Below are positions 26,035 to 38,153 of a stretch of DNA of 56,644 bases, piece after piece. The stretch is from Nemertoderma westbladi. Its lineage: Eukaryota; Animalia; Xenacoelomorpha. The stretch is from positions 1-56,644 of the forward strand of contig JAUCBJ010006940.1 in assembly GCA_032718475.1 (NCBI GenBank), written 5' to 3'. Numbering within the stretch: the stretch's first letter is position 1; each line of letters starts with the position of its first letter. Below the pieces are notes generated by a model. The model was not told the origin of the DNA and made no database searches. It saw only the letters and a list, made by a program, of their open reading frames with translations. The translations under genes and the position numbers were made by a program.

Positions 26035-29000
26035 CCGCTCCCAGAAAATGGGATTTTCAGTCTATAAAATATAAAAATCACAGTTTCTAAAACATAAAGA
26101 TACTCTAAACAGTTAGTCTTTCTTACGCAGACGGCGTTTACGCAGTTTTTTGAGGCTAGCAAGAGTCCTTTTCTCTTTGGGGGGAGCCACTTTACTAGGA
26201 GGGCCATAACTCCTGGGTGAAGGGTGCAATATGATTGCATTAAAAGGTTTTGGTTTACGGTCGGTGTCTCGTCCATTTCGATATGCTTCTCCTCGAGCTG
26301 ATTTTCCTCCGCTTGTCATGGGATACGTTCGTCCAAAACTCTCGCAGAGAATAGGGTTTTCTAAGCTTGATATCTTCTTTGAGATTCGAGGTTTCCCAAT
26401 CGAACTGAGATAAGGCCAATTCGTTTATCGATTGGACTTACTGTTATAACTTACGTTTATCTGAACAAACGCAGGTTTCTTTTTTGATCTTTATAGAATA
26501 GCGTTTAACTCGTTTCGTACAACGCTCTCCTTCACCTTGATGAAGGGTTGTATCGCGTTAAACGGGACGACCATACGGTTGGATAGTGATATTAGGTGTC
26601 TGCGTCATAACCCAGCTAGGTAAGATGGGCGGCTAGCTAGAAATCACTGTCGGAGTGTTACCGATTAATTGTTAGGGTAGCACTAGATCTTGAACAGTGA
26701 ATACAGTCCGCGAGGATCCGCGACACCACCAGGATCGCAGGTCTGAGGTCCAACTAAGGAATGAGGAGGTTTGACTGAGGATTCCGGGACTCTGATCGTA
26801 GGTTTACTCCAGGATCGTTTGAGCCGAGTGAGCATAGGTGATACGTCAAACAAGTTTCGCTCGAAACTCCAGTAAATATAATGAGCACAATTGTGTTTAA
26901 CACAACGTTTCCGTGGATGTTTATGTCTTTCCGTTTATTAGTTGGGTCTAGGGCATTTATCATAATAATACTAAAGACGCACGTCTGGTAGGGTAAACGC
27001 GGGTGATATTTGTTTGTTGTTACAATGCTTCTATCAAGAATTCCAAATATACGTTGGAGTTACCGCGTCCATTTGTTTCTTTAGTGTCTTTTCTTTCGAG
27101 TCGATTTCGAATAGAATTTTCGCATTCGAATTTCAGTTTATGGTTCCGACTCCGCTGGGCAGGATATATAGTCGACATAGTCCGTATTGTGTAAATCGAT
27201 AGGATGACCAGTAGTTAAGAAGCCCATATACGTACCATTACGCTGCGTATATCGAGCAGCGAATTTTCTATAGTCCAACTCACGCGTGAGCTGCTCTTGG
27301 GACATTGGCGGTTCGATATAACGACCATCGTCCTCCGCAGCAGTTGGACTAACGTCGCCGCGTATTAAGCTATCAACAAACGCTTGTAAAAGTAGAGTAT
27401 ATTGCTCCCCGATACCAAGACCATCTTCTATCAACTCCGTCATATCTGCTATATATGAGTTTATCCATATTATAATGAGTCCACATTTAGGCGAGCGGGC
27501 GTCGCTGCCTACCCCAATCAACCCCCGGACAGTACGAGATCCTCAGCGCCGATGTGTCGTCGCCGCTGTACTTTCGCCAACGACGTAGCCGCACAACGAC
27601 AACGACAACCGGCACAAGTCACTCAACTGTCCGTCCCAAAGGCTTAGATGTACTTCAGGTTTTCCTTGGAGAGTTAGGTTACTTTACGATTGCGACTGGC
27701 TACTGTAAACACACCTTAGTAGTAACATTCGCCTATAAACTCACAAGTACCACACACACAACTTGTCACAAATTACACACACTCGGGTCACTTGTCCGTT
27801 AGTCAATGCCTTCCAGAATGTCACTGTATTATTATGTATCCTTGGATACTAGTAGTGCGCTATTTATTCCCTATGCTATTCAATGGGACAAGCTTTCTAT
27901 TGTTCTTTTAACTCAATTCTAATTCTAGTGTGGTTGTTGCTATGGTGACATTATGCAAAGCTAGCGGTAGAATTAGAGTAATTCCAATGCATACAGATCT
28001 GGGATGTTATTTAATAGTATTCTTTAATAGTCAATGTTCTGTTTTATACATGACTTTATGAATTTTATCGGCTATTGACTATGTTTGGGAGACTTTCACA
28101 CACTCATACGCATGATAAGATAAATCTCCGCTCCCTTGATCTATTAATTAATGGAATTTTGGGAACTTTATAAATTGCGTAAAAATGGCAATTTATTAAA
28201 TTCATTAAAAGGCATGAATTTAAATTTATTCCCTGAAATTTTATTATTTGACAACTAAATGGACATATTTTGATTCTAGAACATGTCTGGGGACACAAGA
28301 TCCTTAATTCTATGACCATTGTCTTTTTAAGAATATCGGTAAATGCTACGATATCTTAATTGACTAGAATTATTGCAGGATCTGAATTTTACAGATTTTG
28401 ATTTATTAGCTTTTGCAAATATTAATTAATTAATATTTGAGATGGGCACCGATTTATTCCAGAACTTGTCTGGGGACGTTAACCACTGATTCTAGAATTT
28501 GTCTTTCAAGTATATCGGTGGGTGCCGCGATATCTTAATCGACTAGAATTACAGATGGTCAAAGGGTTTAACAGATTTATTTTGCGTTATACGCTACTGT
28601 TAAAGGGACATCACGCTACTATATGTATTATTTAATATACGGTATGAGAGCAATATCGCACGAAGCAATGTCAGTGTGAAGAGGCAAGTCGTTTCCAAGG
28701 TCTACCCAGAGCTTGGTTTAGCCGAGACACGAGGATCTGAACTTTGCATTCCTAATACTCTGCCTACCAATAATACTTAAATATAGTAGTGGCTTTATTG
28801 TACTTTAATAAGTACGGACATTTCATCTTACTGTAGTTACGTATTTATAATATAATACGGACAGTAAGGAAAGAGAAAAATAATTATTTCTTCGCCGTCG
28901 CACTAAATATAATATAAGTAATTACGTACGTAATAAACACGAATATATTGCACTATTCTACAAAATAATCGCTAAATAATATTCTACTAAATTAAATTAA

Positions 29001-29100
29001 AGAAAACGATTATAATAAAATTACATAGTAATACATACAGAAATATAAAAATAATAAAATAATATAAAATAATAGAGTCACACACCCACTCCATATGTTG

Positions 29101-32100
29101 TTACGTTATGGAGTCCCTAGATGTTTGAAGGATTAGGGAGGTGGTCGTGGGATGAGAATCTTGCCTTCCACAGTTTCCGGAGAGTCCTCCATTCCCTTCC
29201 GGTAAACACAAACGACCGACTGGGTGATTGAGTCGCTGCATCCTGAATACAATTCCAGGTTTCCTCTTCGTCCTGGAATAGTGACGATAGAAACATCGCT
29301 CAAAGTATATGACGGCGTCACAAAGCCGATTCCAGGAGCTATAGTGGTCCGTCGCTCTCTGCAGGAGAGGTGAGAGTCCCTGCGAGACGTCTGATGTTCC
29401 AGAGCTCCAATCGCTCTCTCTGATCTTCATGAAGGATCCACTCGCGGAGGGGAGGCCCAGATCCACGGCGTCGTCCCTGGCAACATGTAATACCGACAGA
29501 TCTATCCCGGGTTCAAATAACTCCGATCCACCCGTCCGGGTTTCAGGTTCGACTTTCTCCGCTCCCTTGGCTGGTCTAATCTCAGTCGGAGTAAGATGGG
29601 GAGGCCATTCATTCTCCTTACTCAGGAAGTCGGGTTCACCTAACCGGTCTATAGTATCTGTCAGTTCTTGAGGAGTTGCTCCTCTGGAAGCGATGTCCGT
29701 TGGATTAAACTTCTTGGGGCAATATCTCCATTGATCTACATTGGAGCTAAGATTGTCATTATCTGAGGAGTGTGGTGTTCCCTCAGTTGGGTCGTCTCCC
29801 TCACTAGTATCGTCTTCCCATTCACTCACCTGGCAGACACGATCTTGAAGCAGTCTTTCCCTGAGCGTTCTACGGGAAGGTCCAGTAAGGTACCAACCTA
29901 CTCTAGTTCTTACCGCATAGGTCTGTAGTGGCTGCGGTTGAGCAGGTCGTTTCTCTAATGTCTCCAGCGCCTCATGCGCGTTTTGGCCGATGAGTATTTG
30001 CACTCCAGGATAATCAGTCTGGAATCGAGGTATGTTAAGATGTTGGATGCTCTCATCCTCGTCCCAATTATAAAGGTCTGCTTGAGTAGTAGCGAAGTTC
30101 TTTATAGCCACCATTTTCACTGACCTTATACTGTATTCTCCTAGTTTATCCTGTGGAGTGGACAACTCACCTATATAATAGTCGGCAGCTACAGTAGAAT
30201 TCCAAACCTGCATGATCCCTGACATGTTTAGCTTGGTTCGGAACTTGGGTTGTCCAGCAAAGATGACTTCGGCTAGTTCCCTATCGATGAATGTTCCTGT
30301 GCTACCGGAGTCCAGGAGGGCGTTCACTATATAGCTCTTCTGAGGTCCGTGGACCCGTAACTGGACTACAGGAAATTCTCGGATTCCTATATTGGAAGTT
30401 GGCGCTTTCCAAGATGGTTGTTGATCGGAAGTAGTTAAGGCAAGGTCGCTGTCTGTGTCTTTCTCATACACGAGTGCTCGATACACTGCGGTGGTGTTTA
30501 TTAGGTAACAGGATTCGTTTTGGTCGGAGAACTCGTCCGTATAGAATCCTTCCATCTCAGATTGATCAGTGTCGTTCACATCACTGAATTGGACATGTAG
30601 TTCGGACTCACTTACCTGACTCGGGCTGTTTCGTTCGAATTCCGTGTGCAACAAGATATGATGTTTTGCGCCGCACTTTGCACACCTTGCGTCGGAGTTA
30701 CAGGTTCGCCGTTGGTGTCCTCGTCTGAGGCAATTATAACACAACCGCTTATCCCACATGACTTCACGTCTATCCTCGAGTGATTTCCTCAGGAATTTAT
30801 CACACGCATTTAAACGGTGGGGCCCGTCGCACAGCACACATTTCGGCTTGATGTTACTTACTTTAACCTGTGCTATGTGGTGCACACTTGTTCTTTCCTC
30901 GGGCTTTCTCACCTGAATTCCTTTAGGAGACGTAGGAGGGGTTTTTTGTACCGGTTCCCTTCTGTCATTGGGTCGAGACTTGGATTTACTTACCTGTTCT
31001 TTAGGCATTTTATTGACATAATAAGGTCTGTCAGTGTCTTTCCCGCTGTCCTCTCCTTGAGAGGTTTGGCTTTCACCGTCGTCGGTATAACATACTGGTG
31101 TTACCCTTCTCCTAGAAACGGGTTTCTCACTTACCTTGTTTTCCAATGTCTTCTCTCTGGACTGCCTTAGGAGCTGTAATTTCACTTCTCCATCTAAGAA
31201 TGACATGAGATCAGCCATGGTAGGGTCTCGTCGTTGTTGTTCCATCATATATAACACTTTCTTATCCCAGCGTGTACCTACTCCACCCTTCGGTAAAGTA
31301 GAAGCCACTGCTCTAATAACCATAGCACTCTGATACTCATGAGACTTACCTAGCCAATCTAATTGTCTGCAGATCTCCTGAATTTCATCGGAAAACTCTA
31401 TAATCCCGCTGCTAATAAACTTTCGGGGCGCTACCAACTTTGCATACAAATACCCAGCTATGTTATTCCTATTACCATACCTGATGTTTAGTGTATCCCA
31501 AACTTGTCTTAATCCGTCTGGATGTCCAATAAACCTTAACGCCATTAACTTGGGAGATCCTTCCAAGCACTCGATGAGGTATCTAAGTTTTTCTCCATTA
31601 GATAGTACAGAGTTCTGTATGTTATCTTTGTAATATTCATTAAAAGGTAACCATTTCATCTCATCTCCATTGAACTTAACGATCTCTCCAACCTTTACCG
31701 CTTGCCGGGCTTCGGTTCTAGCCATTTGACGCGTAAAACTTTCTTGGGCCATCGTGCTATTTAATATCGAGTTATCGGTATATAAATTTCTCGGATTATG
31801 ATCAGTTCTATAGGGAATATCATTATCAACAGGTCTATAATTACCCTTAATAGGGTTCACTATAGGAGTTTCTACTTCGCTAGCAGTGTATATGCGTGTA
31901 GGCTCCACACCTTGCGCATGCAATACTTCAGACCTAACAGGTTGACACATTGTTACAGAGGGTGGTGGTATACCCTTTTGGGTGTTTACTAATTTATCGC
32001 GTTCAAGCGCGATACTTTGCTGCACTTCTTGCAACTCTAACCTACTTTCCCTTACTGTGCCCTTGAATTGTTGGACAGTCTCCTGCATCTGCCCGAGCAG

Positions 32101-33129
32101 GATATCCATCCCCCGCCGTCTCTCGTCCACCCAATCAACCGCCGAAACGGGATCCGCCAACGTCGTAGCGGGCAGACGAGGGACAACGGGCGACAAATTT
32201 GGAATATTTCGCTCGGGGTCCAGGACCTGAACTGTCTCCTGGGCAGTTCTACGGGGCACAGGTAGCTTAGTGCTATGCAGAGGGAATTTATAGGTAGCTT
32301 CAGGGAGCTCAGGCGTATCTATTACCGAAGGGGTGATTTCAAGAACAGGCCTACTTATTTCAGGCTCATCTACTATAGTAGGGAGTCTTTCTATTGTAAT
32401 TATTTGGTCTGTGGGTTCTGTACTCTCTAAGTTGTTGTTATTTAGTTGCCTTCTAACAGCTGGAGGCAAATCAGGCAATTTCTGTCGGTGGAATGTTCTT
32501 TTACGTCTGCTTAAGCGGGATCGATTTACTCCGCCTTCAGTGTCGGTGGTATCGCCTTCCTCGGATGATGTATAACCTTGTCGTTTAGGAGTAGATCGAT
32601 TCATCATCTGCATATTACTAGCTGTTAACTGTTTATTAAATTTATCTTGCCTCTCTTGAAGATTTTCCAACTCTAGTTGGGTTGTCTCTTCAGATGCCCT
32701 CCGTTCTGCTTCTGCCACTGCTATCTTTCTTTCGGCTTCTACTGCTGCAGCTGCCGCCTTTGCCTCTGCCGCTACCGCTTTTGCCTCGGCCGCTGCCTCT
32801 GCCGCTGCCTCTGCCGCTTTCTTTCTATCTTCTATACGTTTTTTCTTTACTTGTTCTTCTTGAACCTTAACGACGCGGAGTTGTTCATCGAATTTAGCTT
32901 GATTAGCCGCTAACCTATCCACGTCGATAGCGTCAAGCACACGCTGTGCTCCTTCGCTATTAGGGCTAAGTCCCTCTAGCCTTCTCCTCAACTCTTCATC
33001 TCCCAAAAAACGCTGATAGTCTGACAGATAGATATCAATGGCATCCTTCTTATGCGGTTTCTCTGCCGTCGCTTCGCTCTCGGTTGTATCTAGTAGACTG
33101 TCTGACAGGTTCTGCTTTGCGTCAGACAT
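29101..33129 (-). CDS. BEL/Pao Gag-protease polyprotein lacking RT, most of RNase H and integrase
   Basis: KFNGDEMKWLPF / EKLRYL (DUF1759), CVLCDGPH, CYNCLRRGH, CAKCGAKHH, ALLDSGSTGTFI, TRVGW..GP, then directly QWRYCPKKFNPTDIASRG and YSSW. Confidence 0.92.
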   Translation of the reverse strand: MSDAKQNLSDSLLDTTESEATAEKPHKKDAIDIYLSDYQRFLGDEELRRRLEGLSPNSEGAQRVLDAIDVDRLAANQAKFDEQLRVVKVQEEQVKKKRIEDRKKAAEAAAEAAAEAKAVAAEAKAAAAAVEAERKIAVAEAERRASEETTQLELENLQERQDKFNKQLTASNMQMMNRSTPKRQGYTSSEEGDTTDTEGGVNRSRLSRRKRTFHRQKLPDLPPAVRRQLNNNNLESTEPTDQIITIERLPTIVDEPEISRPVLEITPSVIDTPELPEATYKFPLHSTKLPVPRRTAQETVQVLDPERNIPNLSPVVPRLPATTLADPVSAVDWVDERRRGMDILLGQMQETVQQFKGTVRESRLELQEVQQSIALERDKLVNTQKGIPPPSVTMCQPVRSEVLHAQGVEPTRIYTASEVETPIVNPIKGNYRPVDNDIPYRTDHNPRNLYTDNSILNSTMAQESFTRQMARTEARQAVKVGEIVKFNGDEMKWLPFNEYYKDNIQNSVLSNGEKLRYLIECLEGSPKLMALRFIGHPDGLRQVWDTLNIRYGNRNNIAGYLYAKLVAPRKFISSGIIEFSDEIQEICRQLDWLGKSHEYQSAMVIRAVASTLPKGGVGTRWDKKVLYMMEQQRRDPTMADLMSFLDGEVKLQLLRQSREKTLENKVSEKPVSRRRVTPVCYTDDGESQTSQGEDSGKDTDRPYYVNKMPKEQVSKSKSRPNDRREPVQKTPPTSPKGIQVRKPEERTSVHHIAQVKVSNIKPKCVLCDGPHRLNACDKFLRKSLEDRREVMWDKRLCYNCLRRGHQRRTCNSDARCAKCGAKHHILLHTEFERNSPSQVSESELHVQFSDVNDTDQSEMEGFYTDEFSDQNESCYLINTTAVYRALVYEKDTDSDLALTTSDQQPSWKAPTSNIGIREFPVVQLRVHGPQKSYIVNALLDSGSTGTFIDRELAEVIFAGQPKFRTKLNMSGIMQVWNSTVAADYYIGELSTPQDKLGEYSIRSVKMVAIKNFATTQADLYNWDEDESIQHLNIPRFQTDYPGVQILIGQNAHEALETLEKRPAQPQPLQTYAVRTRVGWYLTGPSRRTLRERLLQDRVCQVSEWEDDTSEGDDPTEGTPHSSDNDNLSSNVDQWRYCPKKFNPTDIASRGATPQELTDTIDRLGEPDFLSKENEWPPHLTPTEIRPAKGAEKVEPETRTGGSELFEPGIDLSVLHVARDDAVDLGLPSASGSFMKIRESDWSSGTSDVSQGLSPLLQRATDHYSSWNRLCDAVIYFERCFYRHYSRTKRKPGIVFRMQRLNHPVGRLCLPEGNGGLSGNCGRQDSHPTTTSLILQTSRDSIT

Positions 33130-33209
33130 GCTTATGTGTACAGTTGAATGTCTACTGCTGTATTACAGTCTGAGCAAGTCTAGTAACTCAGTATTAACTG
33201 CTAGCCTAG

Positions 33210-33640
33210 TAATTAATTACCGGTACTGCTACTCAGTGTAGCGTGATATATATATAATATATTAAAATACCGGTATGCTTATAGTATATATAAGTATTAT
33301 TACAGACTAGGTTTATCTCAGAATACCGGTATAATTTTAGCACAAATATATATAAATATATAATAGGCCTATCGGGAATACCGGTATACAGCTTACAATT
33401 TGTAGTATATATAATTCTGGACTAGAATTAATTACAAGTACCGGTATAATTTCAGCCTAAATTTATAGAAATAAAGATAATAGGCCTATCGTAAATACCG
33501 GTATGCAGTTTACACTTATAGTATATATATAAGTATAATTACAAACTAGAATTAATTACAGAATACCGGTATGATTTCAACCTAAAATTTATAAAAATAA
33601 ATATAATAAGCCTATTGTAAATACCGGTATATCAATTATT
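33210..33640. repeat. Degenerate about 60/120-bp repeats centred on TACCGGTA in the element leader
   Basis: Recurrent ATACCGGTA, TAGGCCTAT and GACTAG blocks. Confidence 0.75.
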
Positions 33641-34569
33641 TTAAATAACTGAATTTCTAAATTTTAAGGGTTACTTGGTTACTTTAACTTACTTTATTGC
33701 CGTTATTTAAGCAGTAGTCCAACTGATATTGAGACCTAATTGTTGTATGGCAGGCCTACTATTTATAAATCGTTTGAGTTGATTTATAATATATATATAC
33801 CCGTTTAATGGGTTTTGTCAATGTTGAAATAAATGTTATTATTTCTGGGGAGTAATCACTACACAAAGCGGTGCGCTTTCAGTGAAGTGTTACTTATAGG
33901 ACACTAAAACAAATAATTCTAATTTACCTAAGTTACTTAATACTACAAATTACGTACAATTCGGGTTGAGATTACAATCTCTAAATAAACACAAAAATTT
34001 ACAAAAACACAAAATACGAAATTTTTAGGGTAATTTTACAAGAAGTCTACAAACCAGCCTAACAAAGGGTTAGAAAACCGGTTATTACAACGGACAGGGT
34101 ATTACGGTATTTGAAATAATAAGTAGTAGTAAATACACTGCGTTGTCTAGATAGGAAAATACCACCGCCTGACGACCTATAGCCGTATCGCTATAGGTTC
34201 TACGTTATGTATCACGGAGTGTTCCTACCTAGAAGTTAATAGAGCTAATCGAATGTGCCTATCAACCACTTTACAACACAGATATAATGTCTACAATAAT
34301 TACTTCGGAAAGTACTGTACACTAAACCCTAAATTAGGTACGAGTACTTGTATAACAGATAATCAGTAGTTAAATATACTTGAACAGCTAAAAGAACCAC
34401 GGCATCTGCTGGAGTGACCGATGCACAAAATCACCAGTCTTTACCTACGCCGAGCAGCCCGTGTAGTACCGGGGTTAATTTAACTATAGCGGTATGTATA
34501 ACAAACACAATTACTGTAGGAACAAACTTAGGGAATGAATGTTGCGGATAATCGCATAAACTCTGAATA

Positions 34570-35140
34570 ATAAATATTACGCTACGCGTACAAACTACTC
34601 AAACAAAATACAGACCGAACACTGACAGACTACTATCAAGCCTAAACAAACTACGGTATATGCAGACTCCGAAATGATTAGGGAGTATGCGCTCTAACCC
34701 AGTAGTGCGACTTATTCTTTAGTTGGGGGTTTACCTTACAGCGTTCGCTGCCCCTACTGCCTAACCGTACTTAATCGGACAGATGATCTACACACGCGGC
34801 AATCCGTTCAGACCTAATAACAGCCAGACAACTATCCAGCCTACAAATTATCTAAGTAAAATTATACGCTACCCGTACAGACTTACACAAACAAAGTACA
34901 GACTAAACGATGGCAGACTACTCTCAAGCCTAAATAAACTACAGGACATGCAGACTCCGAAATGATTAGGGAGTATGCGCTCTAACCCAGTAGTGCGACT
35001 TATTCTTTAGTTGGGGGTTTACCTTACAGCGTTCGCTGCCCCTACTGCCTAATCGTACTTAATCGGACAGGTGATCTACACACACTGCAATTCGTTCGGA
35101 CTTAACAGCAATCAGACAACAGCTCAGCCTACAAATCGTC
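34570..35140. repeat. About 288-bp tandem duplication in the leader of BEL element 2
   Basis: CAGACTCCGAAATGATTAGGGAG at 34663 and 34951 with a long near-identical core. Confidence 0.9.
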
Positions 35141-35465
35141 TGTACAATCTGATCAGGCTTACACGCCTTCTGTTCAATACTGGCCTACAAATAAATAAAA
35201 CTTGACAGAAATAAGTAAAATCTCAATAAAAAATCAGGGCGGCCGTTCCCTGATTAAGTACTAAGACCTACCGGTATACAACAATCAAATCGAATAATAC
35301 TAGTGTACTTATACGGAAGTACCGGTTAGGACAGCTAGGCCTACGGAATACAGAAGTACCGGTTCTAGCGGTTGGGCCTACTGACTACTGACCTACAGAT
35401 GTACCGGTTCAAGTTTACCGGTTGACCGGTACTTTCAACTTTATTGCTTACTGCAACAAAGAAGC

Positions 35466-35477
35466 TATATCCTTTAA
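35466..35477 (-). promoter_or_regulatory. Candidate self-primer binding site (non-tRNA PBS) TTAAAGGATATA
   Basis: Abuts the 5' LTR; exact reverse complement of the LTR-internal 12-mer at 36271-36260; same pair in copy 2 (51748-51759, 52509-52520). Confidence 0.6.
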
Positions 35478-36713
35478 TGTTCGCGCTTTCAGACCTTTGG
35501 CAGTTTAACCCGCCAAATTAAGATGTCTTCTAGATATTAAATCGCTTTTTAGCCTATGACAAGTATTTGATTCACTACACTAGTCGAAACCAATCTGTGC
35601 GCGACCATTCACCCGCTGGATATTCCCGGGAGATTGGGTTCGACGGTTTAATTTTGTTGCTATGTAAGCCTAATGTATTATTCGACTGACAGTATTATAT
35701 AATCTCTGACAATATTATTCACCTTCGGGGAATATTAACAGTTCCTTTAGGACGTGGCGCTTTATCTATATAAACAGAGTTATGACTTAAACTACTCACA
35801 ACGATATGGCTTAATTATAATTCACATATATGGCGCATTCTTTAGGAATTGCTTCTTTAACAGACTCACTCATACACAATGCTGCACAATACTGCACACT
35901 AATCTGCCAATCTTCACTGATTTTAGTCACATATAAAAGGAACACAGACTGACTCATGTAGGGTCTATCAAATAACATTAGATTCACTTCAAACCACTTT
36001 AACATAAGTCACAATCTTTATTGGTAACCTTTCTCTCTTACCTTCGGTATATCAAGAATATTGGGTTTTCGGGGGTTATTTCTCGTTATTCCAATATAAT
36101 AATTCATCAACCAACATAATGAATAACCGACAACAAATAGCAGTATACAGTATCGATTGAGCAGGTAATTTTAGCAGTTTCAGCAGTTATTACAAGCCGT
36201 GTGTCAGCAGTCAGTGTATTCCCAGATCAGTGATTCCATGAGTTTGATCGGTATGTCAGTTAAAGGATATATGCCCTTATAATTAAACCTACTAGTGTAA
36301 GACTAAAAACTGAAAACACGGAGGTGCCAAAAGCCGGTTCTTAGGCTCTGGGCAAAAACATAACACTGAACTACTGAGTTTCTGTATATACCTTCAACAC
36401 AGAGACAACAAACGCTCTGATTGGTCAACCTGAACAACGAGAGAACAGAGAAACAAAGAAACGTCGACGTGGCAATATCAGCTGCTAGCCGTCGTCATGG
36501 TAGCGACACTGTTTTCAAGAGTATCGAGCTTTTACGTCACGGAATTACGGATTATGTCCTCTAAAGTACAAATACAGAAGAAATAGCTTTTATGTCCACT
36601 AAAACACCAGTACAGCAAGGACACGGCCTTTTTATGCCTGGTAAACCAACTACAGAGTATTTTACGGGAAAAATAAGGAAAAATAACCGGACAATTCAGC
36701 AAAAGCTTTTACA
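35478..36713 (-). repeat. 5' LTR of BEL element 2
   Basis: TG...CA bounded direct repeat of 24799-26034. Confidence 0.97.
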
Positions 36714-38077
36714 AACACACTACTGAAGTGATCGCCCCACGAGTTGGCGATATTCTGGGGACCGGATACATCATCGATTACAGGCGAGGGAGGAGCGGAG
36801 GAGGAGTTTTCCTTTCGAATGTTTTGCCAAAACTTAAAACAGACTTTATCCATAAGCGAATGAGCTAACTTGTCCGCGCGTAGCGTCGCTGCATTACGTT
36901 TGACTGCTCGTAAACGCCGTTTGAACTGAGAACGTGTGGAGCACATCTGGCGGAACACGGGACCTTCTCGAGGACTGCCCATTGAGCGCCAGTAGAGAAA
37001 ACAAGAACGAGATGCCTCGTGAAGCATGCCGACCTCGTCATTCCAACCGGGAACGCCGCAGGGATGGGACGAAGAGGGAGAAGGTTTCCGAGTAGGTATC
37101 GTTGCCTCAGCAATGGAGACTAAACCGTCAACAATAGTATCATAGAATGTGGAGATGCACTCCAGGTGACTAGAGGCGCCACAGTGTGGGTTAGTGCAGG
37201 AAACAGCATCGAGTGGAAATACCAGCTGCGATAAAAACTCGTTGGTGGCCTCCCTGTAACGACCGAGGTTGTAAGGTGATGCTTTCTCCCACTGTGGTAA
37301 GGGTCTGCGGGCCGCAGCGGGAGTCTCGGAATTGTGAGAAACAACGGGGGGAGGCGAGCCACCGTCGATCACAACTGTAAGAGGTAAATGATCATCGAAG
37401 GTTAGTGAGTAGTTAACCGAAATATCCCGGATTGAACTAATCATGGACCCTGTGCAGACACAGTGGTCCAACCAAGAAGTAGATCCGTGCGAGGAGCTAA
37501 CGAAACTGAAGGTATCACTGGGTAGATAATTAAAGTCAGCAATGTGGAGACCGGAGTCAGAACAAACACTAGACAAGTCCTTGAAGAATAAGCGGGTTGG
37601 ATCTGCATTGAAATCCCCTATAATGCACACTTTATTAGAGGGGGCCGTTTCGGATATAGCAGCAATTCTACCCAGATAATCCAAATACTCATTATGGTTG
37701 TCGGAAGACTCGTAGGGAAGGTAAACATTCAGAACAATCACAGAAGAGCCATCCGGGCAGGAAACGGAAAGAACCATGATCCTTGGGTCTGAGCTTTCAA
37801 GGATCCGGACGAAGTTTGAACCTAAAGATTTCCTCCACAACACCCCCAGGCCACCGGAAGGCCTGCCGGATAAGATACCAGCCTCAAGGTCAGTAGGGGA
37901 GGAACCGAAGCCAAAGTGGTCAGCAGATAACGAGTTCAAGAAGTCCAGGCTCTGTTTAGTAAGCTGGGTCTCTTGAAGAAGGATTATGTCACAATCTCGG
38001 GCCATTTCTTTGACTACAAATTGACTAGAGAGGGATCTAACCGAATTACAATTATAACTTCCGATTTTAATAGCCAT
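36714..38077 (-). CDS. LINE ORF2, APE endonuclease half
   Basis: SYNCN, LQET, GRPSGG, VYLP, GDFNAD, LDH, DDH, PGWN. Confidence 0.93.
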
Positions 38078-38153
38078 GGTTAATAAATTTATAAGAACAA
38101 AGAAAACAAGAAAAGGGAAACTAGAAACAAAGTATTAGCAATGCACGCCGCAG

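Larger units (their letters stand above)
24799..36713 (-). mobile_element. Non-autonomous BEL/Pao LTR element with 1236-bp LTRs, Gag-protease only
   Basis: LTRs 24799-26034 and 35478-36713 (one substitution seen), TSD AACAC (24794-24798, 36714-36718), PPT-like GGGAGCGG before the 3' LTR. Confidence 0.95.

Noticed and set aside
26754-27802. env-like gene in BEL element 2
   Set aside because: No long ORF with signal peptide, furin site or C-terminal transmembrane anchor.
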